Assembly (NCBI RefSeq): GCF_009914755.1
Contig: NC_060925.1
Reading direction: 5' to 3' (one strand)
Origin: the human T2T-CHM13v2.0 reference genome, Homo sapiens
DNA: 64,000 nucleotides
A program made the translations under genes and the position numbers. The notes below the pieces were generated by a model. It saw nothing but the letters and a program-made list of their open reading frames with translations, was not told where the DNA came from and searched no databases. Below, piece after piece: positions 12,010 through 23,529 of the stretch. Positions within the stretch are counted from its first letter, which is position 1. Each line of letters opens with the position of its first letter.

Positions 12010-12988
12010 GAGAGATGAGGAGGTGCCACACACTTTTAAACAACCAGATCTCACGGGAACTAACTGAGCAAGTCCCCACCTAGCACCGAGGGAATGGTGC
12101 TAAACCATTAATGAGGGACCTGACCCCATGATCCAATCACCTCCCACCAGATTCTCCCTTCATCCCCAGTGGGAATCACATTTCCACATGAGATTTGGAG
12201 GGGACCAACATCCAAATCATATCAGTGGGCCAGTGCCCTGTCCGGTTCTGCCTAGGGTCATACAGGAGAGGCAGCAAGTGAGCAGCCACCAGCCTCCTCC
12301 TATCACCTCCAGTTCCTCCACGATTCCTCCTCCCACATCTCACACTCCTCTGACACCCGGTTCAAGAGGGGGCTTATGCGCTCCCACAGAACATCCTGGG
12401 GTGCAGCACAGACACCTGACTTGGCCCACAAAATATTGCTGAGGAGAGCCAGATGAGGCTGTGCTGCCAGAGCCCTCTAAACAAGCCAGGGCACAAAGGC
12501 TGGTCCTGAGACATGGTGGCTATTTGTCAGTAGCAGAAAGGGTAGAAGTGCATTCTGTCCTCCAAGCTCCAACCCCTGCCTTTATGCACCCACAGGATCC
12601 TGAGTATTTCAGGTTTCCTGGAGTCTCAATGGGGAGGAGTCCAATCTAGTCTGTCCTGGAGTAATGTGCTGGCTGGGGTATGGATACCAGTGATACCCTG
12701 TGAGTATAGGCTGCTCCTGGTGGATCTTGTCACTTGGACAGAAGCCAAATACATTTCCACTTTTCCAATTGCAGTGAGTGCTAGGACTCTCCTGTGATTG
12801 GCAGTTGCACCTCCTCTGAACCAGGCTCCCTGTTCACAAATCCACACTAAGTGAGGGTGACTGTAAACCAAAGTGGCCTAGCCCATCCAAGTTAAAGCCA
12901 TTCACAGGGCTCAAGACTGTCCCAAGGAGAGGGGGTATGATAGAGAGACTGGGGTGAGACCGCCAAGGTTTGGGGTGGCCATTGCCAC

Positions 12989-13629
12989 TGAGGGAGAAGG
13001 AAAGGAAAAATGATTGGAGAAAAAATTCACACTGCAGAAGCAGCCTGCCTGAAAAGTCACAGCAACAGGCAAAAATAAAACAACCTGGGAGCGGGAAGGG
13101 AAAAAAACTCAAGCTGCACCTGGACAGATAAACAAACAGAGCCCAGCACAGAAACTTTTTGTTCTTTGTCTATTAGCAAGCTCCTAGAAAAAAGTTTCTT
13201 TCCCTTTTCAGGCATAGTCATGGTGGGAACTTGCACAGGGAGAAGGGGGGCTTACCTAAAACAAACCCACAATCATATAAACAAGAGAAGTGGTACTTTG
13301 GGCTTGCCCAGAGACATACCCACAACTACATAGAAAAGGGGGAGTTGTGCAGACAGCCCTACCGATAGAAGAAGTTACTTAAATTGCTGCAGAGACAAGA
13401 GGAGTTTCTTGTAAAAAGCTTTTGAATTCAGCGATATAACCCAGCAATCCACTCAGACTCCCCTTTCTGCTGCGGAGAATATTTTTTCTTTCACTTATTA
13501 AACTTTTGCTCCAACCTCGCCTTTGTGCCTATGTTTCTTAATTTTCTTGGAGGTAGGACAAAACACCCAGGGTACTAGTTCAGACCACGGGAAACTTCTA
13601 CATTAAGGTGCATCGGTGAGACTGCAACA
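12989..13629 (+). mobile_element. ERV1-class solo LTR (MER61-like)
   Basis: TG...CA termini (tgagggagaaggaaagg ... gagactgcaaca), 4-bp target-site duplication ccac/ccac, attaaa signal near 13497. Confidence 0.7.
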
Positions 13630-14354
13630 CCACTGGACCCTGAACCCCAATTATAGATGTAGATGCACCTCTGTGGCCAGGTGCAGGCAGAGTGCCACAG
13701 GACAGGCAGGTGAGCTGAACTCCCTCAGGACCTTCATTAAATCTCCCTTGGGTAGGAAGATGACCATCCAAGGATCAAATATTTCTGAAGGGGGGTGTTG
13801 GTCATGGTGTTGAAGCTTCCTGGAAAAGGCCATCTGGCCACCTATGTCCCAAGGTCTTCCCCAGATAGTGGGAAGCAGCCCAAAGAGGCCAAAGATGCAG
13901 GAACTGTGGGAGAGAGCCACTTTCAACTCACACACACGGCCTCTTCCCAGGGCAGCCACCTCACAGACCCAGAACCTCGGGCCACCTGCCCTCCCCGACA
14001 ATGAGCTCCCACACTGCACCCAACATATATACAGTGACATCCCCACTCCCATACTCGCCACAGGAGGGCACTTTTAAGTGTCTTAAAATCCTAAAGTTCT
14101 AGTTCCTTATTCTTTCCCCCCCAAATGTGACCTGCTCATACTATACTTTCATAACCAAAGGAGAATACTTGAAATTTTTTGGAATACCTCTTTCAAGGTG
14201 CAGACACACCTTTCAATATTTATAAACAAAGAAGAAATACAAATTTAGTCTCCAGGCGGGCACCCCAGGATACATGGAAGGTGATGCTGCAGATATATTT
14301 ATTAGACTCTAGTGTCCCCCAGTCAGGAGGGCTTGTTTTTGAGGGAGAGGTGGG

Positions 14355-15220
14355 GCATGGGTTGAATTGTGTCCCCCATAAAGGATATGTTGAATTCCTA
14401 AACCCAGCACCTCAGAAGGCAACTTTATTTGGAAATCTGATCTTTGCAGATATAGTCCAATTATGATAAGGTCATGAGGGTGGTCTCTAATCCGATATGA
14501 CAGGTGTTCTTATAAAAAGAGGGAATTTAGACACAGACACTGACATGCACAGAGGTAAGACAATGAAAAGAGACATAGGGAGAAGGTGCATGAAGATGGA
14601 GGGTTTGACTGATGCAGCTACAAGACAAGGAACACCACCAATTGTCAGCAAACACCAGAAGCTAAGAAGGGGCAAGGACAGGTTTCCCTTGTTATGGAAT
14701 GAATATTTATGTATCCCCAAATTCATATGTTGAAGCCTTGACAGCCAGTGTGACTGTATTTGGAGATGAGGCCTCTAATGAAGTAAGGTTTAATGAGTTC
14801 ATAAGGGTGGGACCATGACCCAATAGTGTTAGTGTTCTTATAAAAAGAGACTTCAAAAAGCACGAGAGTTTTCTCTATGCACGTATTCTGAGAAAGGCCA
14901 TGTGAGGACATAGAAGACAGCCTTCTGCAAAACCGGAAGAGAGGCCTCACCAGAAATTTAATTGGCCACAGCCTTGATCATGAATTTCCAGCCTCTAGAA
15001 CTGGGAGAAAATAACTTTCTGTTGTTTAAGCCATCCAGTTTATGGTATTTCGTTATGGTATCCATAGCTGACCAATATACCCCTGCAGATTTCAAAGGTA
15101 GTGTGGCCTTGTCAACACCTTGATTTTGGGCTTCTAGTCTCCAGAACTGTGTGACAATAAATTTCCATTGTTTCAGCCACTCGGTTCTTGTTATCTCACA
15201 GTCCTAGGAATCTAATGCAG
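14355..15220 (+). mobile_element. MLT1C-like LTR with a nested MLT1A-like LTR (14690-15079)
   Basis: gggttgaattgtgtccccc start; inner element tgttatggaatgaat...gctgaccaatata flanked by tccct/cccct; outer resumes ...ctccagaactgtgtgacaataaatttc. Confidence 0.7.
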
Positions 15221-15237
15221 GAACTCAGGAAAGGTGG

Positions 15238-15626
15238 TAATATAGTTTAACTCTTTGTCCCCTCTAAATCACATGTTGAAATTAGATCCCCAGTGTTGGA
15301 GGTGGGCCCTGGTGGCCTTCCTTGTGTCTTGGTGCCATCCTTGTGGTAGTGAGTGAGTTCTTGCTCTGTTAGTTCCTGTGAGAACTGAATGTGAAAAACA
15401 AGCTGACAGCTCCCTCACTTCTCTCTTGCTCCCTCTCTTGCCATGTGATGTCTGCTGCATTTCACCTTCTGCCATAAGTGAAAGCTTTCTGAGGCCCTCA
15501 CCAGAAGCACATGCTGATGCCATGCTTCTTGCACAGCCTGAAGAAGCATGAATCAAATAAACCTCTTCTCTTCATAAACTACCCAGCCTCAGGTATTCAT
15601 TTATAGCCACACAGATGGACAAAGAC
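15238..15626 (+). mobile_element. MST-type (MSTB-like) solo LTR
   Basis: tttgtcccctctaaatcacatgttgaaat...aataaacctcttctcttcataaactacccagcctcaggtattc; flanks ggtgg/ggtgg. Confidence 0.75.
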
Positions 15627-15699
15627 GGTGGCACCAAAGGATTACAGGTTAACTCTTTCAGGGGTTCCTGGAGAGTCAGGGCTGGGCCCTTGGCCAGCA

Positions 15700-17520
15700 A
15701 GTCACATGAGGCACAAGCTCTGGAGTGGGACAATTTGGGTTCAATCCCAGATCCACCATATTTACTGGCTGAGTGATCTTTACCAAGTTGCTAATCTAAG
15801 TCTTGAGTTCCCACATATGAACAATAGAGATAATAATTGTAAGTACTCATGGGCTCCTACAAGCACTAAAAATATGATACATTTTTAAAAAGCACTCAAC
15901 TGTACAGTTGAGTTGTTATAATTGTTACCAGTATTAGGGCCCACCTGCCATGGAATTGCCACAGTACTGTAGCTGGATTTCTCCCAGTGTTTCCCTGTCG
16001 GGGAAAGAGGTTGCCCATACCCCATGAACTTGATTCCCAGTTTCTACCTCTCATCGGTTTCTTCAGATACTGAACATCTGATGATTCTCAGGACAACCCT
16101 TCAAGGTGGGAGGTTACAGATTATTATCCCCATGCAAAGGCTGGGGAGGTTGCATTTCAGTAACACTAAGAGGCTTTTTAATTTTTTTATTTTAATCAGA
16201 TTATATATTCATATGGTGCTTTAAAAGGAGGGAGAAATTAAGGAGATTGAAAAAGGAAGTGTCACTCCTGTCTCTGACTCCCATTGCCTGGTTCTGGCTT
16301 CCAGAGGCAGGCACTATTATCAGTGTCTTGTGTTACTATGCAGAGATAGTCTATGCACTCAAACACACACATGTGCATCTCCACATACACAACACACTCT
16401 ATGCGACTGTCCTGCTCTTTGTCTTTTCTCAAAGCAACATTTGTTGGAGCCCACTCTGCATCTGTACACATGGGTGTGTCCCATCTCCTGTCTGCAAACT
16501 GTTCCTTGTGGGGCTCTAATCCTCCTCCGCTTCTGATATTTAAGTTGTTGCTTAACACCACAAAGTTGCAATGAATATCCTTATATTTGTGCCTTTACAC
16601 ACATGGATGTGTATATAACAGTGAAAATCATTAGGGTGGATCTAATGAGTCAAAGGCACATGTACTTATACTTTTGATTGATATTATTGTCTCCAAAGAG
16701 TGTTCCTATCTACAAGCCTACCAAATATTTAGGTCTGTCACCAATACCTAATGATCAAACTTTTTGAACTCTGTCAAGTTGATAGTGGAAAATATCTCAT
16801 TATCGTTTTAATGGGCATTTCTTCTATAAACAAGATTCATCATCATCATTTTACATTACTATGTCATTCTTGCTGCCTTTTCTGTGAACTATGAACTGTC
16901 TGCTAATGTCTTTTGTCCATCTATACTTGTTTCTTTTCTATTAGTTTATACGAGTTAGACATATTTTAAGAACATTCGCCTTTATTCTAACATACTACAA
17001 TTTTTAAGTTTGTTTTTCAACTTTACTTACAGACTGTTTGCAATGCCAAAATGTTATTTTCATAAAGTAAAATGTATCCATTTTTATGGCTTACTCTTTT
17101 TGTATCTTCCTTCAAAAGGTAACCCCCAATTCAAACAAAGAGGTTTTAATTAAAACCTTTAATTAAAAGGTACCCCCAATTCAAAGAGAGAGTTTTAAAT
17201 TCTCTCTTGTTTTAAATGCATTTATGGCTTTAAATTTTATATTTACTCTTAGATCCACCCAAAACTTATTTTGGAGTCAGGTGATACAGATGACTGGTGT
17301 CACAAAGTGGTGAAAAGATTGAACTTTAGAGTCCATGAAACTTAAGTCCTGATCCTTCATTTTCTGGCTGTGTAAACTTGAACAGTTATTTAACCTCTCT
17401 GGCTTTAGCAGTCTCATATGTGATATGAAGAAAAATGAAAATGCTTACCTCATTGGACTCTTCTTTGGGTTTAAATAGAAAAAATTTTTCAGCACAGTAT
17501 TCAGTAGTTGTCCTATTAAT
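15700..17520. mobile_element. Degraded MIR and ancient L1M fragments
   Basis: MIR-like tgggttcaatcccag...actggctgagtgatctt (~15735) and aacttgaacagttatttaacctctct (~17375); AT-rich L1M 3'-like antisense sequence at 16200-17290. Confidence 0.45.
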
Positions 17521-17859
17521 ATTAGCTGCTCCCATTATCATGATGAGTATTAGTTGCCCAAGCCCACCTGGAATCAGAACCAGGTGTTCCCAGCTTCCAG
17601 GCTGCTATCCTTTCCTCCCCAGCAGCCGCCCCTCTCAGGGGTCCCCTCCTGGGTACAGGGATGGGTTCTAGGGATTTAAACATATCTGAGTTCAATGCCA
17701 TAAGTGGCTGCAGGGTGTCAAGGTCTAGCCAGGGCCTACTTGGTTACCAGAGCCCTGAGTTTAAAAGGAAGTTCATTGCTCTATGTCCACACATTGTCAT
17801 CATCAATTACCATGTTACTGAAAAGCTGAGAACATCTTTATAGCAAGGAAAGTGGTAAA

Positions 17860-18205
17860 GATGTGTTCCCACCCAAATCTCATGTAAAAATATAATCTCC
17901 AAAGTCGGAGGAGGGGTCTGGTGTGAGGTGATTGGATCATGGGGATGGATTTCTCATTGCTATTCCCATGATAGTGAGTGAATTCTGACAAGATATAGGT
18001 TTTTAAGAGTGTGTAGCACTGCCCCTGCTCTCTCCTCCTTCTCCTGCCATGTAGGACGTGCCTCCTTCCCCTTCACCTTCTGGCATGATTGTAACAGCCA
18101 TACCTCCTATACAACATGCAGAACTGAAAGTCAATTCAACCTTTTTTCTTTATAAATTACCCAGTATCAGGTAGTTCTTTATAGCAATGAGAGAATGGAC
18201 TAATG
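17860..18205 (+). mobile_element. MSTA/THE1D-like solo LTR
   Basis: cccacccaaatctcatgt...ataaattacccagtatcaggtagttctttatagcaatgagagaatggactaat. Confidence 0.75.
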
Positions 18206-19821
18206 TCCTTCAGCAGGTGGTCTAAGGGCATTGGCCCCTGAGACCCCTCTCAGGAGCAGAGGCGGAGAAGCAGAGGGTCAGGTAGAGGAGGCTGAGAGAG
18301 GAAAAGTCCCTTCCTCCCTCAAGAGCTGAGGAAGTGGCCACAGGGACACCCAGAGTTTTCTCTCTGAAGGAGCCCAAAACAGGCTCACCAGCTCTCAGTG
18401 CCTATAAAGCCACAGGATAGGACAAGAGAGGATGGGAGAGACAAAGTAGAGGCCTTGATGAAGCCACAGTATCCCAGAACCTCACTGCTGGGAGGGGACT
18501 CAGGGGTGATTCTGCCCAAGTCCCTGCTTTAACAGAGGAGGGAGCTCTCTAGGGGGTAGACTTTTCCTGGGTCACACAGGGCAGAGCCACACCTGGAGCC
18601 CACTTTCCTCCCCCAGCCCAGGGCCTCCCCTGCAGGACGCTGCCCAAGAGCTCTTCCACCCTCCCCTGCCCTCCCCAGAGCTGAGCTACACTGTTGTCTG
18701 AACCCACCAGGACCTGAGCAGCTGCTGAGGTCTCCACCCCAGCTGCCCTTTCCTGAAAAAGGAAGCAGGTACTTTCAGTGGCTTAGCAGAGCAGGGACTT
18801 CTGGCTAGCAGAGGGCTAAATAGGCAGCCTGGAAAGACCCCATTTCCTGGATGAGGGAACTGGGAAGAGAGGAGGCTCAGCCCTCAGGCTGCCAGGGAGG
18901 ATCTGCCCCAGAAAGTGGATGATGAGCATAGCCAGGAGGAAGACGAAGACTCAGAGAGGGAAGGAAGGCAGCAGGAGCTCTTTGATCTGCAGAGATGCTG
19001 ATCCTGAAGAAGAAAAAACAAGCCAGGGAGCAGGTGGTCATTTACAAGGTGGAGCTAAACATTAATTCAATTTGTATAAAATTTAAGGCCCTGTAAACAA
19101 CATAAAATGTTGCTCAGTTGTCTGACATAGCCCCCATCAGCACACTCACAAACCAACGATTCATGTTTGATGTCCAAACTGCACTTCTTGGTACCATCTC
19201 CATTGTCTCATGTCTCTGTCTGGAGCCCCTAATGCAGAGATGCTTTCTCCTCCAGCTCCCTGCTGGCAGACACGGGGTGGGCATTCAGTAAGTGCTGTTA
19301 TTATTATGGTCAGGGAGTAGCCAGAAGTCTAGGACCACCCTCATGTGTAGCTTACTGTGTCTCTAGGAAATTATATGTGAGCTGAGCCACCCTCAGTCTC
19401 CCTCCTTCCCTTCCACACTTTCCTATCCAAACACATGTCCAGAAAGGGTGTAAGAGTTTAAGAATGATGAGGGGCAAATTCCTCATTTCCACCTTCACCA
19501 TCACTACTTCACCATCCATCTCTCTCCCTGGGTCAAGGGTGAACTGGAACAGGGACAATGCAGAAACCACAGAAAAAAAATGCATCCAACTGTGGAGCTT
19601 CAGGATTCCTCAGAGGATCCAGAGCAATTTCATGGTAATGTTCCTTCCACGGACAGCCTCTGACCAAACTCCACTGCCTGGGGGCTTGTCTCATTCATAC
19701 CACAGAGGTCAGGCCTAATTGGACAACCAATTTCAATTTCATTCCTTCACAGTGGTTCCCTGAGATAATCACTTTCTTTTTGTGAACACAGATCTCCTTC
19801 CCCCAAAATGAGAAATTCTAA

Positions 19822-19988
19822 GTCCTTCCTTCCTTCTTTTTTCTTTTTTCTTTTCCTTTCTTTCTTTTTCTTTCTCTCTCTCTTTCTTTCTTCTTTCTTC
19901 TCTCTAACTCTTCTTCCTTCCTTGCTTCCTTCCTTCCCCTTCCCTCCCTCCCTCTTCCCTCTCTCCCTTTTCTTTCTTTCTCTCTCTC

Positions 19989-20059
<71 letters not shown>

Positions 20060-20290
20060 TCCTTCCCTCTTCCTTCCTTCCCTCCCTCCCTCTCTTTCTT
20101 TCTTTCTCTCTTCCTTTCTTCCTTCCTTCCTTCTCTTTCTTTCTTTCTTTTTCTCTTTATTTTTTTTCTCTCTCTCTTTCTTTCTTTCTTTCTCTTTCTC
20201 CTTTCTCCTTCCTCCTTCCTTCCTTCCCTCCCTCCCACCTTCCTTTCTTCCTTCCTTCCTTCCTTCCTTCCTTCCTTCCTTCCTTCCTTC

Positions 20291-20324
<34 letters not shown>

Positions 20325-20348
20325 CTCTCTCTCTCTCTTTCTTTCTTT
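19822..20348. repeat. Pyrimidine-rich microsatellite tract (CTTT/CCTT/CT)
   Basis: ~530 bp almost entirely C/T on the + strand, with (CTTT)n and (CCTT)n runs. Confidence 0.95.
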
Positions 20349-21612
20349 AGTAATCCTCCAAATCTAGTGCCTAGTGGAGAAAACTCTACCCAGTTAGACA
20401 TATTTCCAGGTAAAGAGCATCGTATAAGCAGAGAAAGCCTGCGTTTTGCTGTTGATAGAAAGGAGATCTAACCCCTTTCTATTGCAAAGCTCATTGTTCC
20501 TTCAAGACCTCCTGTGTTACAAGTGCTCTGTAATCCATTAGATTTCATATAATTCCCTGTAAGTCCGATTAGTGGCTGGGATATAAAAGCAAAAAATTAT
20601 AACAAGAACAGCTTTCATCAAAATGCACTAAATCTTATTATTTTCTCATTTTAAAATTTAATTTTATTACACTTACAACCATATAATCGTTCATAAAATA
20701 ATGATTGTGATATACAGCCTAGATTAGGACAGTCTTTTTTGCAGTTCACTTTTTGCTTAACTTTCTGTATTCTCTACTTTCTCCCTCTCTCTGTGTTTTC
20801 TTCCTCAATTTTATGTCCTCTCGTAGCCCATGTTGGCAATCTACTGATTCCTTCCACATTTTTAGCATAGTCTTAGAAACATTTAGATGCTTAAATTTTG
20901 GTGACTGTGTTTCCTTTTATGAAGCGAGATTGTATTGTATTCAGTTTCCTGAGTCTTGCTGATGGGAATCTATGCATCTTAATTCATGGAAGTTGAACAG
21001 TCCTTCCAGATAACTAGAACATTTGTTTTTGTAACCTCCATAATATGCAATGGTACAGACACTCTTTGACTTGTTCACATGTTCCTGAATTGATGGGCTC
21101 CTCCTGTTTCTTTCTAGGGTTTTTCCTAGAACCGTGCTGTAATAAACATGGTCTGAGCAGCATTTCCCAGTGGAGGAAAAGGCACCTCACAGGGATGTGA
21201 AGGGTGCCCACTATATACACATTTTACCCAAAGGTAAGTTCTTTTTAATTTTTAAAATGAACAGTAATGCAAATTACAAACACGACTTTAAGATTGAGAC
21301 GTTCAAGGTCCCTCTCTTTTGTGATGATTTGCTTGGAGAGCAGCCCTAGGCCCATGCAGTGGGTGACGATTCTCTCAGTGCAGCGAAGGTAGCCCTGGCT
21401 CGGGGTTCCCAGCCTTCTCACTACCAAAAAATGTTTCATTCTTTCCATCTTGGGACTCCAACCAAATATGTTGCATTCGTAAATCATAACAGAGTGTTTT
21501 TCTGTGTTGTTGCCCAAAGACATCAGAAGTTGAACAGCCCACCCGTTGGTCAGAGCCCAGCTAGCCCAGCCCTCTCCAATTGCCCTCCCTTCCCAGGGAC
21601 CCTGCCACTCAC

Positions 21613-21685
21613 TGAGGAGGAGGCTGATGAATACCAGGAGCCCAGTCATCCAGAAGAAGGACCGGTTCTTGGAGCAGGACCCCAT
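21613..21685 (-). CDS. Signal-peptide (leader) exon of the SLAM-like gene
   Basis: gccATGG Kozak at 21685; MGSCSKNRSFFWMTGLLVFISLLL (basic n-region, hydrophobic h-region); 73 nt ending in phase-1 donor CTCA|gtgagt at 21613/21612; joins the IgV exon in frame (A+GT = Ser). A long polypyrimidine tract and ccgctgcag acceptor at 21712/21711 precede it. Confidence 0.8.
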
Positions 21686-22028
21686 GGCAGGTTGCCTGCT
21701 GGCCTGTTCAGCTGCAGCGGAAACAGAAGAGAGGAAGAGGTAAGAAAAGAGGACGAGCTTGATCAAGGAGCCCTTCACAGTTTCCCCACTTCAAGGGCAG
21801 GGCCAGCAAGTTACTACTGGGGAGACAGCCCACGAGTCGAGAGAAAACCATTCAGCTCTTTCCTCCCCTCCCAGTCCCCACAGTACCACACATAGTCAAT
21901 AAGTAATTGCAGAAGAAATAAAGGCATAACCTCATTCTGTGATGTTCCTGGCAGTGTATTAGACAGGCCCCCTTCTCTCGGGCACAGCCAGCTTGGTGTT
22001 CCCTCCCACACCCTCTCCTGACACTCAC

Positions 22029-22140
22029 CTGCTTCTCTGGGTTCACAGCTCTGCCCCAGGTGGCCGTGGTCACCAGTGTCAGCCTATGGTCAGGCACAGA
22101 AGTCACCCTCTTACAGCAAGGCTGGGCTATGCCCTTCCTG
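22029..22140 (-). other. Probable non-coding 5' UTR exon of the SLAM-like gene (5' boundary unknown)
   Basis: Consensus donor CAG|gtgagt at 22029/22028 pairs with the strong acceptor at 21712/21711 (317 nt intron); no ATG in the ~110 nt upstream of the donor. Confidence 0.5.
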
Positions 22141-23050
22141 AACTTGATGACTTTACTTTGTCCCTACCTCACATAATAAGTTAAATTTCTGTTTTGATTT
22201 TTCAAAAACTTCAATTCTCAGTTGCCTAAGTAAGAAGCTGTAAGCAAAAGAACAGATCTCCTGTGGAGAGTGTTAACTCCCCACATCTCCAATGCAAATA
22301 TCAGCATTTACTTGTTGCAGGCGGCTGTGTGGTTTCTCAGCTCCCACTAGGGGTCATCAACTCTCCATACACGCAGGGTAAGAAGAACCCCCTGCAGAAG
22401 CTGACAGGCTCTTGGCTGCATCACAACTAAATTTTCCTTTCAGCCTGTGTCAGCTCTGCTCCTAGTATTTCAAAGGGGTGGGGCAGAGAAGTTCACACTC
22501 CCTCTGCCACAGCCTCAGCAGCCTGAAACCCACCACTACCTGCTGAGGCTCAGGTGATGTCCTCTTCTCTCCAGACCTGGATACTCCAGGACATTTAAGA
22601 ACTCCCCCTCCCATTAGCCTGAGGGAGGAGCACCATCTTCTTAACCCCCAGGCACCGCCTCCTTCTCCTCAAGTAGTCTCCCCTGATGGCTGCCCAGGCA
22701 GAACACCCCCAAGGCTGGAGCTGCAGGCCTGACCCCAAGACCATCTCAAGGTAGTCAGGTTCCTGGGTATTAAACCCATTTAATCAATGTGAAACCCAAA
22801 TCCCAGAGGTGTTATGCGACCTGTGAAAGGTCACATGGCTAATCAAGCAACAGGGTCTGGACTCCTGACCACAAGCTCAGGACTTGTCACTGATATCACA
22901 GCCGCTCTCCCATCCCACTATGTGGCCCCATGCACGTCATCTTGAGTGAACCCTCTGTTCTCACCCAGAACTGCTCTGCAGATTTCCAGGAGAGAGGATA
23001 TTCAAGATTGGCTCGATTCTGACTACCCCACGTGGTAATGAGGAAGTTAC
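22130..23050 (-). promoter_or_regulatory. Putative promoter region of the SLAM-like gene
   Basis: Apparently unique sequence upstream of the candidate first exon; ETS-like CAGGAAG near 22135 (minus), RUNX-type TGTGGTTT at 22328-22335, PU.1-type GAGGAAGT at 23040-23047. Motifs are short, so support is weak. Confidence 0.3.
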
Positions 23051-23529
23051 TGCAAAAGGCAGTCCATGAGTTCTAGAGTTGGAAACTCCTTGTGTGGAAT
23101 CAAAATTTGGGCAGCTTATCTGCTGGTCACCCTCAGGGCAATGGGGATTAAACCTCATAAGCGCCCCACCCCTATGCCCACAGCTCTCCAGACTGAACTT
23201 CTTTGAGAAGTGCTTGGCTATGAACACTATTTGTAAGGAAGGAGAATGCAAAAGATGAACCTTCAGAGAGGAAACCAGCCCTGTGGCTAGAAGCCAGGAA
23301 CTCTGGAGAGAGTCAGCAATGAACGTTCCATGCTGGCAAAACACCAGGGATGTTTAAAAATCCAGACCTCTAATCTCATTTTTGACATCCCAGCCATCCT
23401 GTGCAAAGGCATAAACATGTACATGGGCACAAACCCCAACCATGGGAATTTTGGTAAGTTAATTACACACAACTGCCTAATGCTGGTAATGTTTTGGTGA
23501 GTTAAAGGAAGGCAGCAGCAGAATGTGTG

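Larger units (their letters stand above)
4608..12224 (-). mobile_element. MST-type MaLR LTR split by an L1 insertion (pieces 4608-4827 and 12008-12224)
   Basis: gtccatttttgcattgctataaagaaata...gcaagagagat continues as gtgccacacacttttaaacaaccagatctc...catccaaatcatatca; 5-bp flanks gtggt/gtggg. Confidence 0.75.

Noticed and set aside
12374-12520. GCCACCATG on the minus strand opening a 46-codon ORF (MSQDQPLCPG...)
   Set aside because: No signal-peptide character or good donor; one such 9-mer is plausible by chance in 64 kb.
19747-20401. K/E/R-rich and F/L/S-rich ORFs (also 60656-60909)
   Set aside because: Translations of CTTT/CCTT microsatellites.
21245-21778. 177-aa minus-strand ORF containing the leader peptide
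   Set aside because: Read-through of the 73-nt leader exon into flanking introns; only MGSC...SLLL is bounded by splice signals.
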